This document shows, piece by piece, positions 40,339-53,866 of a stretch of DNA of 64,000 nt (the stretch's first letter is position 1; every line of letters begins with the position of its first letter). The notes beneath the pieces are model-generated. The model had not been told where the DNA came from. It worked only from the letters and a program-made list of their open reading frames with translations, and made no database searches. The position numbers were made by a program, and so were the translations under genes. Origin of the DNA: Octopus vulgaris. Taxonomy: Eukaryota. The DNA is taken from assembly GCA_951406725.2 (NCBI GenBank), contig OX597823.1, positions 77,624,001 to 77,688,000 on the forward strand, given 5' to 3'.

Positions 40339-40739
40339 GTGCATATGCAGAAATAATTTAGAGTATATTTAATGAATAAATATATTTTGTATTACTATGA
40401 AAACATAACCTATAGATGAACCATTTAAGTTTTGGTATATAAAAGTTTAGGAGTGAAAATTGCCCAATAAGTTTCATCTTTCTTAAAGTTCACCCAGCTT
40501 CTTTTACATCACCATTCAATTACTGAAGTTAATAAGAATACGTCTGCTTATTGAAAAATGTAAACAAGCTACATCTATCATAAAGAATGTGATATGACAG
40601 TATAGGTTTGATGGCTGAGTTCTAACTTTAAAAGAATTATTATATTCACAATCCAATTGTGCTGGTAATTTTTCATTAAATACCTAAAATCGCGATTGTA
40701 TTGTGAAGTAAATGTCTTTATACTAACAATATATATATA

Positions 40740-41150
40740 GGCGCAGGAGTGGCTGTGTGGTAAGTAGCTTGTTTACCAACCACATGGTTCCGGGTTCAGT
40801 CCCTCTGCGTCACACCTTGGGTAAGTGTCTTCTGCTATAGCCTCGGGCCGACCAAAGCCTTGTGAATGGATTTGGTAGACGGAAACTGAAAAGAAGCCCG
40901 TCGTATATATGTATATATATATATAAGCATGTGTGTGTTTGTGTGTCTGTGTTTGTTCCCCTAGCATTGCTTGACAACCGATGCTGGTGTGTTTATGTCC
41001 CCGTTACTTAGCGGTTCGGCAAAAGAGACCGATAGAATAAGTACTGGGCTTACAAAAGAATAAGTCCCGGGGTCGAGTTGCTCGATTAAAGGCGGTGCTC
41101 CAGCATGGCCGCAGTCAAATGACTGAAACAAGTAAAAGAGTAAAGAGAGT
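40740..41150 (+). mobile_element. SINE family A, full-length reference copy (CpGs intact)
   Basis: tRNA-like head, internal (TA)/(TG) tract, 3' stem-loop cagtc-aaat-gactg, (gagtaaa)n tail. Confidence 0.95.
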
Positions 41151-41462
41151 GATAGATCAATAGATAGTTAGACAGCTAGATAGATAGATAAAGGGTGAAA
41201 AAGAGAGATAGAGAGAGAAAAACATTCACAGTATTTGTGTATGTGTGTCCATGCTTATTTTTGTCTCTCACTACTTGACAACAGTTTCTTTATGTCCCCA
41301 TATAGTGACCCGGTGACAAAAATAAAGGTTGATAAGCTAAGTACCGCACTTAAAAATAAGTACTGGGACCAATTTGGTCAATTAACCCCTGAATGTCATT
41401 CTACAGTATAGCCATATTCCTATGATTAAACCTAGCAAAATAATCCTTTTAGGATTAATAAC

Positions 41463-41520
<58 letters not shown>

Positions 41521-41869
41521 GGCACAAGGCCCGAAATTTGGTGAGTTGAGGATATTCATCTAATACTTATTTAATCAACCCTGAAAGGATGAAAGGTAAA
41601 GTAACCTCATTGGAATTTGAACTCAGAATGAATGGTAATCTGAAAGAAATGCCACTAAGCATTTTGATCAGCATGCTAATAAATTTCTCAGCCCTGCAGA
41701 AATAAACCCCTCTGCTATTAGTTAAGGCCTAAAAGTTTTGGGGAGAGGGCTAATCAGTTAGATAAATCCCAGTGTTAACAATTTTGCCAGCTTGTCACCT
41801 TTAAAACCAGTAAAATAATGAAGAGGCTTATATATATATTTATAAAAATATATATATATATATATATAA

Positions 41870-42336
41870 TCCACTCTGTTGGGTGGTTGGTGTTAGGAAG
41901 GGCACCCAGTCATAAAATCCCTGCCAAAACAGACACAAAAGTCTAGTGCAGGCTTCTGCTCAACCGGTTCTTGTCAAACCATCCTATGCATGCCAGCATA
42001 GAAGGCAGATGTTAAACGATGATGTTAATCATCATGATCCTGATGATCATGACGATGATGATTTATGTATGTATATATGTGTACTGGTGCCACATAGAAT
42101 GCATTAGTGCTGGTACCTCATTAAGAACACTCATGCTGGTGCCACATTAAAAGCACTGATGCTTGTACCACCTAAAAAGCACCTAGTACATTCTGTAAAG
42201 TGGTTGGTGTTAGGAAGGGCATACTGTTGTAGAAATCAAGCCAAAATCAGACTATTGCAACTCTTGGCTTTGCCAGCTCCTGCCAAGTTGACTAACCCAT
42301 ACTAGCATGGAAAAGAGAGGTTAAATGACGATGATG

Positions 42337-42345
<9 letters not shown>
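41870..42345 (+). mobile_element. Two RTE 3'UTR fragments; the second carries 4 tandem subrepeats
   Basis: tggttggtgttaggaagggc occurs twice, and each copy ends gttaaa(c/t)gatgat. Confidence 0.8.
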
Positions 42346-42386
<41 letters not shown>

Positions 42387-43013
42387 TTCTGTGTGTCTTG
42401 TTGTAAAAACAAGAACATAGATGAATTTCAATGGGTTACTATAAATATTTTCAAAATTTATAGATCGCAGTGTTTATTCAGTTATTCTACTTTAACAAAT
42501 TACTGACCAGTTATTGATCAATATCTCAAGAGTTCTTCACCGAGCATCATGACACCATATTAAACTTGATGTGGGATTAAGTCTTGCATAACCACAACAC
42601 ATTTATCACTTCCTTTCCAGACTGATGGTGATGCTATACACTGTAAAATACATCAACACACTGGAAAAACTCAACAGTAAACACCACCTAAAATTAAATT
42701 ATAAACATATTTTTAGTACTATATTCTTCAAAAACATGATACATTCCATTTAATGCTTATCACACTACTTACATATGTTCATAAACATAAAAGTAAACAT
42801 CATATTTCAGTCATGTTTTCTATTTAATTTCCCAATTTGTTTCAATCACTGGACCACAGCTATGTTGGGGCATCACTTTGAAAGGTTTCAATCCAACAAA
42901 TCACCCTTTCTGGGACTTATAGTCTTTTTTGCTGAACTTTTATGTTAAGGGGACACAGCTTGCAAACAAACTTGCACATACATGCATGCGTGCACACACA
43001 CACAATTATATGT

Positions 43014-43418
43014 CCTGGAAAGAATTGTGCCAAATTTTGGCATTGAAAGCTACACCAATGCCTGAATGGGACGACACTGCATAGTGCCAAAGAACCCAGC
43101 AATGCCATCACGCTTCAGGACCAGCTACTGCAACAGCCTGGGTTTCAAGGGCCCACAGCTTTTTAATATTCTCCCAGAGGGTCTGAGGAACTTGCACAAA
43201 GTAGATATAGGAGTTTTTAAATCAAAGCTGGACCTCTTCTTGTCGAGAGTCCCAGATGAACCTACCTCACAGCAAGAGGTGCAAATGGGGGTAGCTATCT
43301 CAAACTCTATGCTTCACCAAGTGCCACATATTAGAGGAGGCTCTTAGTAATAACAGTGTAGCAAAACGGCAGAGCATCAGCATGGCCACAGCTCTGAGCT
43401 GAAAATAGAGAAAAAAAA
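43014..43418 (+). mobile_element. CR1-group LINE, 5'-truncated (ORF2 C-terminus plus 3'UTR)
   Basis: GPQLFNILPEGLRNL...FKSKLDLFLSRVPDEP...SNSMLHQ matches the FN.LP...FK..LD.FL..VPD.P terminus; in-frame stop just upstream. Confidence 0.85.
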
Positions 43419-43605
43419 TGAAAATTCATGTAATGTTTGCTGTTTTTGACATTAGAGAGGCACTTCATCTGACAGCATGGCTGCAGTCAAGTAGCTTCAA
43501 AAATAAACAAATAAAAGAATATATAGATATCTATCTATCTTTCTATATGTATATATGGAATTACCTTAGGTTTCCCGTCCATAGAGGGTTTAGCTTTTTG
43601 GTGTA

Positions 43606-43811
43606 TTGAGGTACTGTTGAAAAGTTCCTGGCTTTAAGGGTATCATGAAAGGCCTTGTTGAAAGCCCAGCCTTGAGAATTCATTTACAGGTCTTAGAAAA
43701 ACTGAAGGACCACTGCAACCTGAGATTGGAACATGTTGAATAAAATTATAATTAACTGATCCTCCTATATTTTCTTTTACCCAAAACCAGGAACTTTTCA
43801 GTACACTCTCA
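43606..43811 (+). mobile_element. Mariner-derived MITE
   Basis: TIR core tgaaaagttcctggcttt / aaaaccaggaacttttca; TA flanks; remnant EKLKDHCN...EHVE* resembling a mariner transposase C-terminus. Confidence 0.8.
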
Positions 43812-43966
43812 TATACATATACATTAGCCACTGCACACATTTTTTTCTCCCCTTGTTTTTTTCTGTGTCCCTTTCTGTAGACTTTTACTATTCCTGAGCG
43901 TTATACTAATACATCTGTTTGTTTTGTACACCACCCGTCTTCGTCTTTTGTTTTTTCATAAACTCT

Positions 43967-44071
<105 letters not shown>

Positions 44072-44246
44072 CAGTGCAAGCAAGGCAATGTCATAGGAGG
44101 TTTGCTTCCTAACCACATGGTTCTGGGTTAAGTCCTGCTATGTGACACCTTGGGCTAATGTTTTCTACTATAACCCCAACTGCTGAAACCTTTGTGGGTG
44201 GATTTAGTTGACACAAGCTGAAAGAAGCCCATTGTATATATATATG

Positions 44247-44277
<31 letters not shown>

Positions 44278-44858
44278 ATGTGCATATATATATATATACA
44301 CACAGTCACACTCATGATGTGTATGCATATATACACACACACACTTTCACATACATACATACATATATACATACATACGCAGATATAATTTTCCTTCATT
44401 TAATTTAACTTAACCTAACAATATTACTTTCCCAATATATGCAATTACAAAATTTCTCCCATAAATGGAAAGTTAAACCTCAACCATATATTATTTCACC
44501 TTCTTAATTTAATGTTTCAATGACTTTTATTTCATATGAAAAGACTTTTACAAAACATTTCTGTATAAAAGTGTCTGAACAGAATTTAATACAAAATACA
44601 ATTTACTCATAACTATCAGTTTTCAGAAAATTATTAAACATAAGTGAATGTATATATACATGGAAATATGTATAGTATATGACACACAATTAGTTGTGTG
44701 TGTTTGTGTGTGAGTGTATAATATATATTTACATTTGTGCAGGGTATATACATTAAATATGACAGGTAGATATAGATATATATATGTATATACATACATA
44801 TATATATGTATGTATATACATATATGCATGCTTATATATATCTGTATCTATCTATCTG

Positions 44859-44894
<36 letters not shown>

Positions 44895-44923
44895 AACATA
44901 CATACATATATATATAAACATAC

Positions 44924-44960
<37 letters not shown>

Positions 44961-44961
44961 C

Positions 44962-45029
<68 letters not shown>

Positions 45030-45235
45030 TGTATACATACTTTTTGTTTCTATTTTTCTTTTGCTACATTAAATAAGAAAACTATTATTATTGTATATCT
45101 TTGAATTGTATCAAGAATGAATTTAAATTTGCAGTATTCAGTTGTTTTTTTCTTCTTTTCTTTGATGTTTATTTCTTTCCATTTACATATGTATAATCGG
45201 TATTATATTTTCCATTTCTTTCTTCCATTACACAG

Positions 45236-45317
45236 AAAATGCACCATTTTGAAGAAAGGCTAAACCAATGGACTGTGTTAATTCTGTGCCTTACTGGTGG
45301 ATTTATGTCGGATAATG
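45236..45317 (+). CDS. Isolated exon, probably carrying the start codon (ATG 45239) and a signal-peptide-like stretch MHHFEERLNQWTVLILCLTGGFMSDN + phase-1 intron; gene not identifiable
   Basis: Acceptor ttttccatttctttcttccattacacAG; donor atg|GTGAGT; only one frame is open; aaaATG context; hydrophobic core WTVLILCLTGGF; flanks are non-repetitive. Confidence 0.6.
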
Positions 45318-45729
45318 GTGAGTAAAACAAATATTTTTTTAATGCATAAAACAAAGAAAAACTTTGCTTCTATTATTTCAGAAGCAGTTTCTGTTTCCAA
45401 GATCTGAGTCTCTGACTGTGATATATGATTTTCTTTCTCTTTACATTTTTCGTTTTCATTATTCTATTTCAGAAAATATAATGTTTGCTATATCATTTAT
45501 TATTCTTATATTTATTAAAACACAAAAGAAAAATAGCATCTTTTCTGTTAGAGAAATTGTTTACATTTCTTATACAAATATAATTTTCTTTGCTCATTGT
45601 CAGAGGAAAAAAAAAACAGTATTAAATTTAAATCTGAAAAGGTTATACATGACGTGTTAGAATAATAGTTTCTACCTGGATTTTTATTTCTTTTCTGTAT
45701 GACACAATTCAAAATTTAACACAAGAATT

Positions 45730-46520
45730 CAGTTTATCAGCATTCATATAGATGACCAATTAAATCTGGGATCAACTGTTTGATGCTCAAATAACTTACC
45801 TATATCTTATTGCCAAGCTGATAAATTATTGTGATCAACTGCAACAGGAGCAGATATCATCTTATCGTATTCTCAGCTCAGATGAACAATTATATCAGAA
45901 GCAAATATCCAAACTTTATCTTGATTTCAGATGGTGAATTAAAGATATGATCAACAGTCTTTGAATAAAATATTGTAACCTAATCTTGCTCTTACAATAA
46001 AGCTTGTTAAATGGATTGATAATAACTTGCATTTTATAGTTCTCATCTGGCATTATGTAGATCATAATTCTTATCAGAAAGATTAATTTCTTTACAAAGC
46101 TCTATAATTTCTTTTTGGCTTCCTTTTGTTTTTACTCTTTTTTCTTTGTATGTGATAGATTTCAAAACAATACTGAGATCTTAGTTAGCAAATGACAAAT
46201 AAAAAAATGCTACCATCTGTATCCAAACCAAATATTCTAAATTTAATTTTGCTTTCATATCAGAGGATCATTTTAAGCTGGAATGAAATGCATCAACATC
46301 AAACTGCCTAACTTTACTTTGATCTCAGATCAGATTTCCAACAAAGTTGGGATCAGATTAATCAAAATCACATAACTTAACCTTATTTCAATCTCAGCTC
46401 AAATAGCTTATCAGAATCAAAAATATCCATACCTTATCTTATTCTCAACTTCATAAACCTCATGCAATCAATTAAAGCTTGGATCACCAGTATCAAATCC
46501 ACACATCCTGATCTTAAGTT
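45730..46520. repeat. Highly degenerate 50-70 bp tandem array
   Basis: Recurring ttaaa..tgggatcaac and ccttatctt(a/g)atctcag motifs; 45861-45930 resembles 46381-46450. Confidence 0.55.
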
Positions 46521-47541
46521 ATATGTTCTTTACTTGCTTTATATTTCATGGTGTGCAGAGAAACTGGGTTTTCATCGTAATGTGTAATTTCTGTGCGTTA
46601 GTAAGATATCCCATATTCAATGGTCAAATATAATTGTCATTCAATATCTGTTGATTCTGTTATTAAGATGGTTTATCAACCACAATTTTTTTATCCTTAC
46701 AATATTATTTGATTTATTTGGTTCTTCATTTAAAATTATTTACATTATCAATTATACTGAATGCATTTAAATGTACACACATGCACGTGTACACACACAC
46801 ACACATACATACATACGTACATGTATATATATGGAGTGGGAACTGCATTTTGCAAAAATACATATCATGTGAAGGTGATTAGTCTAAAAGACAAATTAAT
46901 ACAGAGTGTATTATTTGAAAAAGAAGCAAAGTTATTCATCTAAAATATCAATATTTCTTAAAGAAATATGTAAAAAGCAATTAGAAATTGTAATTGTACA
47001 TGAAATAATATTTAATATGTTTACATTAAATAGATTAAAAATCAAATGTCAATTCAGAAAATAGTAATTTGTGTTTTCAATCGATGGCCAGAGAAGTAGC
47101 TATAGCTTCGTCATTCAGCTATCAAAATATTCTTCTAGAGAGTATAGAAACACATTGTGGTTTCATTGTTGCTTACAGGTGTTATGGAGGTTCACAGTAC
47201 TAAATATACTTAAAAAGAGGGAAAGATGCTACTATCCTCCTTATCATTTACGTCTAATTTTTCATGTTTACATGGGTCACATAGAGAGTGCTGATGCAGA
47301 TTTTCTATGGCCAATGTTTCCTCAAAAGATTGGAAAAGAATGACAATACTTGTCTGAGAGTCACAACTATCATATGATATCAAGACAAGGAGACACAAAC
47401 ATACACACATTCACACATACATACATATATACATATACATCTTCTTTATCGTTTAACGTCTGTTTTCCATGCTGGTATGGGTTGGACAGTTCGACTTGAT
47501 GTATATATACATATATTTACATACATATATATATGTATTTA

Positions 47542-47581
<40 letters not shown>

Positions 47582-48350
47582 TGTATATAAATATATTTTC
47601 GTCCAACCCATGCTAGCATGGAAAGCGGACGTCAAAGGATGATGATGATGATATATATTTACCCATATATATCACACACACACATATGTACATACACATA
47701 TATACACACGCACACACATATGTGTGTACACATTCACACACAAGCACACATACACACACACACACATATATACATATGGCTGGATGGATGAATGGATGTA
47801 TATACAAAGGCTTTCTTTTAGTTTCCATCTACCAAATCCATTCACAAGACTTTGGTCAGCTCAAGGCTACATTGGAAGACACATATCCAAGGTTCCATAA
47901 ACCATAAGGTGGGACTCTACTTGTAACCATGTGAGAGGGAAGCAAATATCCAAACCACACAGCCAAAACTACTAGCTTCACAAAGCTGCAACTTCTGCAT
48001 TCTTTGTCATACTTAATAACAGATATTTCACACACTTACTTTCCTGTCATAACATTTATTTTTCTAATAATTAGATACATGTTTTCTTATAATTACATTT
48101 ATTTTCTTATTAAAAAACCGATAGACTGAAAATGAATTGAAAATATGTTCTGTTTTATAATTTGTTATTAAGATTATACAATTAAAGTAAGGTTTTAAAA
48201 AATTTGTATGGTTTGGTATATCTTTCATAAAATATATCATTCTGTTGTTATGAAGTTGACTAATATCTTTCTGAATAACTTGTTTCCTGACCAAATTGTT
48301 TTTCTACAAACATATTGATTATGTTTTCTATGTTTATATATACATATATA

Positions 48351-48356
<6 letters not shown>

Positions 48357-48386
<30 letters not shown>

Positions 48387-49160
48387 TGTATGTATGTATG
48401 TATGTATGTATGTATGTATGTATGTATGTATGTATGTATGTATGTATGTATGTATGTATGTATGTATGTATGTATGTATGTATGTATGTATGTATGTATG
48501 TATGTATGTATGTATGTATGTATGTATGTATGTATGTATGTATGTATGTATGTATGTATGTATGTATGTATGTATGTATGTATGTATGTATGTATGTATG
48601 TATGTATGTATGTATGTATGTATGTATGTATGTATGTATGTATGTATGTATGTATGTATGTATGTATGTATGTATGTATGTATGTATGTATGTATGTATG
48701 TATGTATGTATGTATGTATGTATGTATGTATGTATGTATGTATGTATGTATGTATGTATGTATGTATGTATGTATGTATGTATGTATGTATGTATGTATG
48801 TATGTATGTATGTATGTATGTATGTATGTATGTATGTATGTATGTATGTATGTATGTATGTATGTATGTATGTATGTATGTATGTATGTATGTATGTATG
48901 TATGTATGTATGTATGTATGTATGTATGTATGTATGTATGTATGTATGTATGTATGTATGTATGTATGTATGTATGTATGTATGTATGTATGTATGTATG
49001 TATGTATGTATGTATGTATGTATGTATGTATGTATGTATGTATGTATGTATGTATGTATGTATGTATGTATGTATGTATGTATGTATGTATGTATGTATG
49101 TATGTATGTATGTATGTATGTACGTACGTACGTACGTACGTACGTACGTACGTATGTATG
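48357..49160. repeat. Very long perfect (TATG)n switching to (TACG)n
   Basis: Uninterrupted from 48357 to 49120, then 8 TACG units. Confidence 0.98.
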
Positions 49161-50084
49161 TGTGTGTTTGTGCGCAGGCACGTATATATGTGTATGTCTG
49201 TTATCTTTCTCTTTTCAACTTAGAATAAATTCTGATCAGCCACCCACTTGGTAACAATGTGGTGAAGGAAAGCATCTCCTTTTGTTTGTCATTCTCTAAA
49301 TCTTAAGATCTTGAAGATTTTTTTAATAGTCCCAGATATCATGATCAATTATTGGATACGAATTACAAATTTCTGTTCCCCCACCCCCGTATATATATAT
49401 AAACATATATATATATGTATCATGCCAAACCAAACAGTGGAGTATGATGCAGTCCTTGACTCACTAGATCCTTGTCAAATTGTCTGTTCAAGCCAACATA
49501 GAGCATAGATGAATGTTAAATGAAAGATGATGTGCATATATATATAATTTTAATTGAAATAATTTTCTTTAGCTCTTACTTATAAGTTGTTTATAATTTT
49601 AACCATAAAGGTATTTTAATATGCTGCCACATTTTTTGATGGAATTTTTTTTCTGTAGAGAAAAAAACTTCATCCTATATTAGTAGTATATATATATACA
49701 CACATATATATACATAATACATGCATATATACATACATATATATATATATGTATATTATATTTGTGAGTATACATATGTGCATATGTGTATATGTATGCA
49801 TGTGTGTGCATGCGTCTATGTGCATACCTATACACATCTATCAATAGATAGACACATAGAGTGTATATAAATGTACATGGAGTTAGTTATAAGAAAACTA
49901 CAAAGGCACATTTGCTGAATTTATTTAATAAATTAATGTAAGACCTTCCTATAATCACACACGCATACACATTCATACATAGTTGCAGACACAAGCGCGT
50001 GAAGAAATCAAAGGAAAACAGCACTGAACACATTTGGTTAGAGTTACATGTATTAAATGTAGAGCTGAGTCAAACTGTTATATA

Positions 50085-50087
<3 letters not shown>

Positions 50088-50181
<94 letters not shown>

Positions 50182-50204
50182 GTATGTATATATATATGTG
50201 TATG

Positions 50205-50235
<31 letters not shown>

Positions 50236-50547
50236 ATGTATATATATATATATGTGTATGTATATATATGTATGTATGTATTTATATGTATGTATGTATA
50301 TATATATGTATGTATGTATATATGTATATATATATATGTATGTATATATATATATGTATATATATGTATATATATATATGTATATATATATGTGTGTATA
50401 TATATATGTATGTATATATTTATATATATTCATACACACTCTCACACACATATATATATGCATATATATATATACATATATGTACACATATATAAACATA
50501 CATATACATATATATATGTATATATATATATGCATATATATACATAC

Positions 50548-50588
<41 letters not shown>

Positions 50589-50612
50589 TGTATATATGTG
50601 CATGTGTGTGTG
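50088..50612. repeat. Long (TA)n-based compound microsatellite
   Basis: Direct reading; similar tracts at 10570-10760, 19100-19600, 22135-22380, 43970-44068, 44780-45030 and 55870-56130. Confidence 0.95.
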
Positions 50613-50834
50613 ATGTGTGAATGTATGTATATATGTTTATATTTATGCATGCATAATACTCCATATTGATATCCACACACATATGCATGTATGATTGAAT
50701 GTATCACCAAGCTTCCGTTAAAATTATATGTATAAAAGAGAATTATTGCATTCTGAAACATGTTTTAAATTACCCAACATACCACCTAATAGGTTTTAAA
50801 TGAATTGAATACAATTTTCTGTAATAAAAAAGGC

Positions 50835-50865
<31 letters not shown>

Positions 50866-51289
50866 AATAATGGATCCACAATCTGATTTACAACAACTTC
50901 AAAAGGATTTAGTTTATGGAAACATATATTTGTTGATTTCATTATTAATCCATAAGATATACTGACTTCAATTATGATATTATTTTCTGTTCAAAAGAAA
51001 ATTTAATTCATTTCACTACAAGATTTGTTGTGTTTGTTTCTTTTTAGTTCTTTACTAGTACATTTGAAATCCTAGTATTGAGCCATATGGGAAATACGGG
51101 GTGTTTATGTGGTGGGGAAGGCTTACGTGTACATGTGTGCATGTTCATGTCTGCATATCTGTGTGTGCATGTGCATGGATAGATACATGTGTTAAGATAA
51201 GGGTGTTAAATTATCTGAGATTTCAAAATGTTACGTGTTAATCACTCACACACGCACACAAATATCATATTTATGAATGCATATATAAA

Positions 51290-51677
51290 TCTATTATATA
51301 AAGCTGAAGTTGTCTGTGTGTGGCAGGTTTGGTAGCCTTCAACTAACAATATCTCCTCCGAGACCCTGTGGCACAAGTTGACCAAAGCTGAGAGTATGAT
51401 AGAAGAAGGCTTGCTCTTCCTTCCATAGAAGAAAAAATTCAAATCAGACCATGTTAACACCAAAAATTATTTACATAAAAAAAGTGCTTTTTTTCTATGA
51501 AAATCCCTATTCTTTACGATTTTTTGACTGCTGTATCACCATTTTTTGATGTATTTCAACCAGGAAAATGTTCACTTCAAGAGAATAACAAGCTACATAA
51601 TACAAATGTTTACTTTTCAAAAATTCCAATTCTAAATGGTTGAAACAAACCCGAGCAACGCCGGGCGATACTGCTAG
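51290..51677 (+). mobile_element. Non-autonomous Helitron (388 bp)
   Basis: 5' TCTATTATATAAA; subterminal GC hairpin cccg(a)gc-aac-gccggg at 51650-51665; 3' CTAG; inserted between A and T with no TSD. Confidence 0.88.
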
Positions 51678-51721
51678 TTTTATATATAAATGCATATATA
51701 CATTTCCTAATCATTATCATA

Positions 51722-52262
51722 GGTGCAGGCATGGCTGTGTGGTAAGGAACTTGCTTACCAACCACGTGTTACCGGGGCTTCTACTATAGCCTCAGGCTGA
51801 CCAAAGCCTTGTGAGTGGATTTGGTAGATGGAAACTGAAATAAGCCCATCGTATATATATATATATATGGGGGGGGTAAGGGGTGTTTGTGTGTCTGTGC
51901 TCCCCCCCCCCCCCCCCATTGCTTGACAACCGATGTTGGAGTGTTTAAATCTCCGTACCTTAGTGGCTCGGAAAAGTCCTGGGATCGATTTGTTCGACTG
52001 AAAGTGAGTAAATTCGTTCGATGGAAACTGTGTGGAAGTGTATTGTATATTTATGTGTGTATGTCTATGCATGTGTGTCTTTGTGTCTGTGTTTCTACCC
52101 CTGCCACTTCTTAGCATAACTTAGCAGCTTACCAAAAAAGAACTTTAGAGTAAGTACCAGTCTTTACAAAAATAAGAACTGAGGTCCATTTGGTTGCCTA
52201 AACTCTTCAGTGGAGTTCTCCAGCATGGCAACAGTCCAAATGACGGAAACAAGCAAAAGAAA
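51722..52262 (+). mobile_element. Rearranged family A SINE (internal segment repeated)
   Basis: Head, body, then a second gatggaaactg...body and the tail. Confidence 0.75.
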
Positions 52263-52812
52263 AGATTTTAAAGGGATTATTTAATATCATCATTTACTAG
52301 AGTAAATGATAATATTAAGAAAGATTTGTTTAAGCACTCAGACATAATAAGTGTGTATTAGCTGTTATGTTTGAAGAAAAAATATGGGTGATAAACAGAT
52401 ATTATGCAATACTTAATATTTCTTTTATTTCTAATAGACTGTCAAGAAACACATCCTGATGTAGTTAAATTATATATAAATAGCATTAATTTTTACTGCA
52501 TTCATTTTTTTTAAGACCATAATCAAGTAAACATCACTTTGTTTTAAATAAACAATGTTTTATATGAAAGAAAATGCCTTTATGCCTTTATAATTGCTCT
52601 TTAAACTTTCATATAGCTTAAATAATATTTTCTTTGTCTGAATATTTTCTTTGTCTGAATATTTCCTATATTATGATAAGTGCTGACTTTGTTTTTAATT
52701 CTGTTTGAAATAATTCCCTTTATAAAATATAATTTAGCTAACTTAGTTTTATAAGCAAAATTTATTTCTTGTATATATCTCATGATTCTTTATTATGCTT
52801 CCTATTTCTCCA

Positions 52813-53250
52813 TGTGTAGGCACATAGCTTAGTGGTTAAGTTGTTGGACTCGTGATTATAAGACTGTGGTCTTGATTCCTGGACTGGTCAATGTGTTGTA
52901 TTGCTGAGCAAAACACTTCATTTCACATTGCTCCAGTCCACTCAGCTGGCAAAAACGAGTAATCCTGCGACTGACCAGCATCCACTCCAGTGAGGGAATA
53001 TATATGCCCTAGAAACTGAGTTGTGAGTGTTTATTGAGCGAAAACACCTAAAGCTTCACGAGACTCCAGCAGGGGGTAGTGGCGATCCTTGCTGTACTCT
53101 TTCGCTACAACTTTCTCTCACTCTTTCTTCTGTTGGCTTGCTCGCTTAGCCAGTGGGGTGGCATCATTTGAAGGCTAAAAAAACAATGTGAAGCGCATTG
53201 TGACCAGCGATGTGTAGCAACATCTGATAGTCTGGTCGGTCACAGTGATA
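52813..53250 (+). mobile_element. Chimeric SINE: family D 5' part, family C body, distinct tail
   Basis: 52813-53015 matches 24876-25070; 53019-53130 matches the reverse complement of 4495-4606; the tail is unlike that of 4301. Confidence 0.8.
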
Positions 53251-53827
53251 TATATATATGTACATATGTATATATATATATATCCATATGTGAGATGGCT
53301 TAACTGGAATTGCTAAGCTAGAAAGCTGCACCAAGTTCCAGTCTAAATCTGGCTTGGTTTCTGTGGCTGGATGCTTTTCCTAACACCAACCACTCCAAGA
53401 ATGTAGTAGATGCCTTTTACATGTCACTGGCATGGATGCTTTGGTGTGTCACTGGCACAGAAGCTATTTACATGCCACACCAATGTATAACTCACAGCTG
53501 TTTACTTTTTGTGCGTAAGTGGGGTTTCTTTTATTTTTGTTACACCTTATTACATATTTGTCCTAATCAGAGGATGAATTATAAAATTGGTAAACTTGTT
53601 AAGATTTGAAATCAAGAATAGCAGGCTGCGAATACAACACTCTCAAAGTATGTACACATTTTTTTCTGCTATATATAACATATTTTTAACATTCTCTACA
53701 GGATTTATGTTATATTCAAGACAAACATAGAAAAAAATTCAGTTCAAGTTATATAGACAAAGCAAATGTTTTGCCTCATTATAACACACTTGGCTCGATA
53801 TATTTAGTACAATACACACACATGCAC

Positions 53828-53866
<39 letters not shown>

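Noticed and set aside
40740-40815. tRNA genes at SINE heads
   Set aside because: A and B boxes are present but there is no full cloverleaf; they continue into SINE bodies.
45730-46520. CRISPR-like repeat-spacer array
   Set aside because: Units are degenerate with no identical repeats, there are no cas genes, and the context is eukaryotic.
47179-47213. Next exon after 45317 (gcttacAG|gtgttatgg)
   Set aside because: The phase-1 frame stops after about 11 codons and there is no good donor.
48237-49254. ORFs of about 300 aa (YIHT/MYVC repeats) and all similar YI/CV/HT-rich ORFs
   Set aside because: They are translations of microsatellites that lack stop codons.
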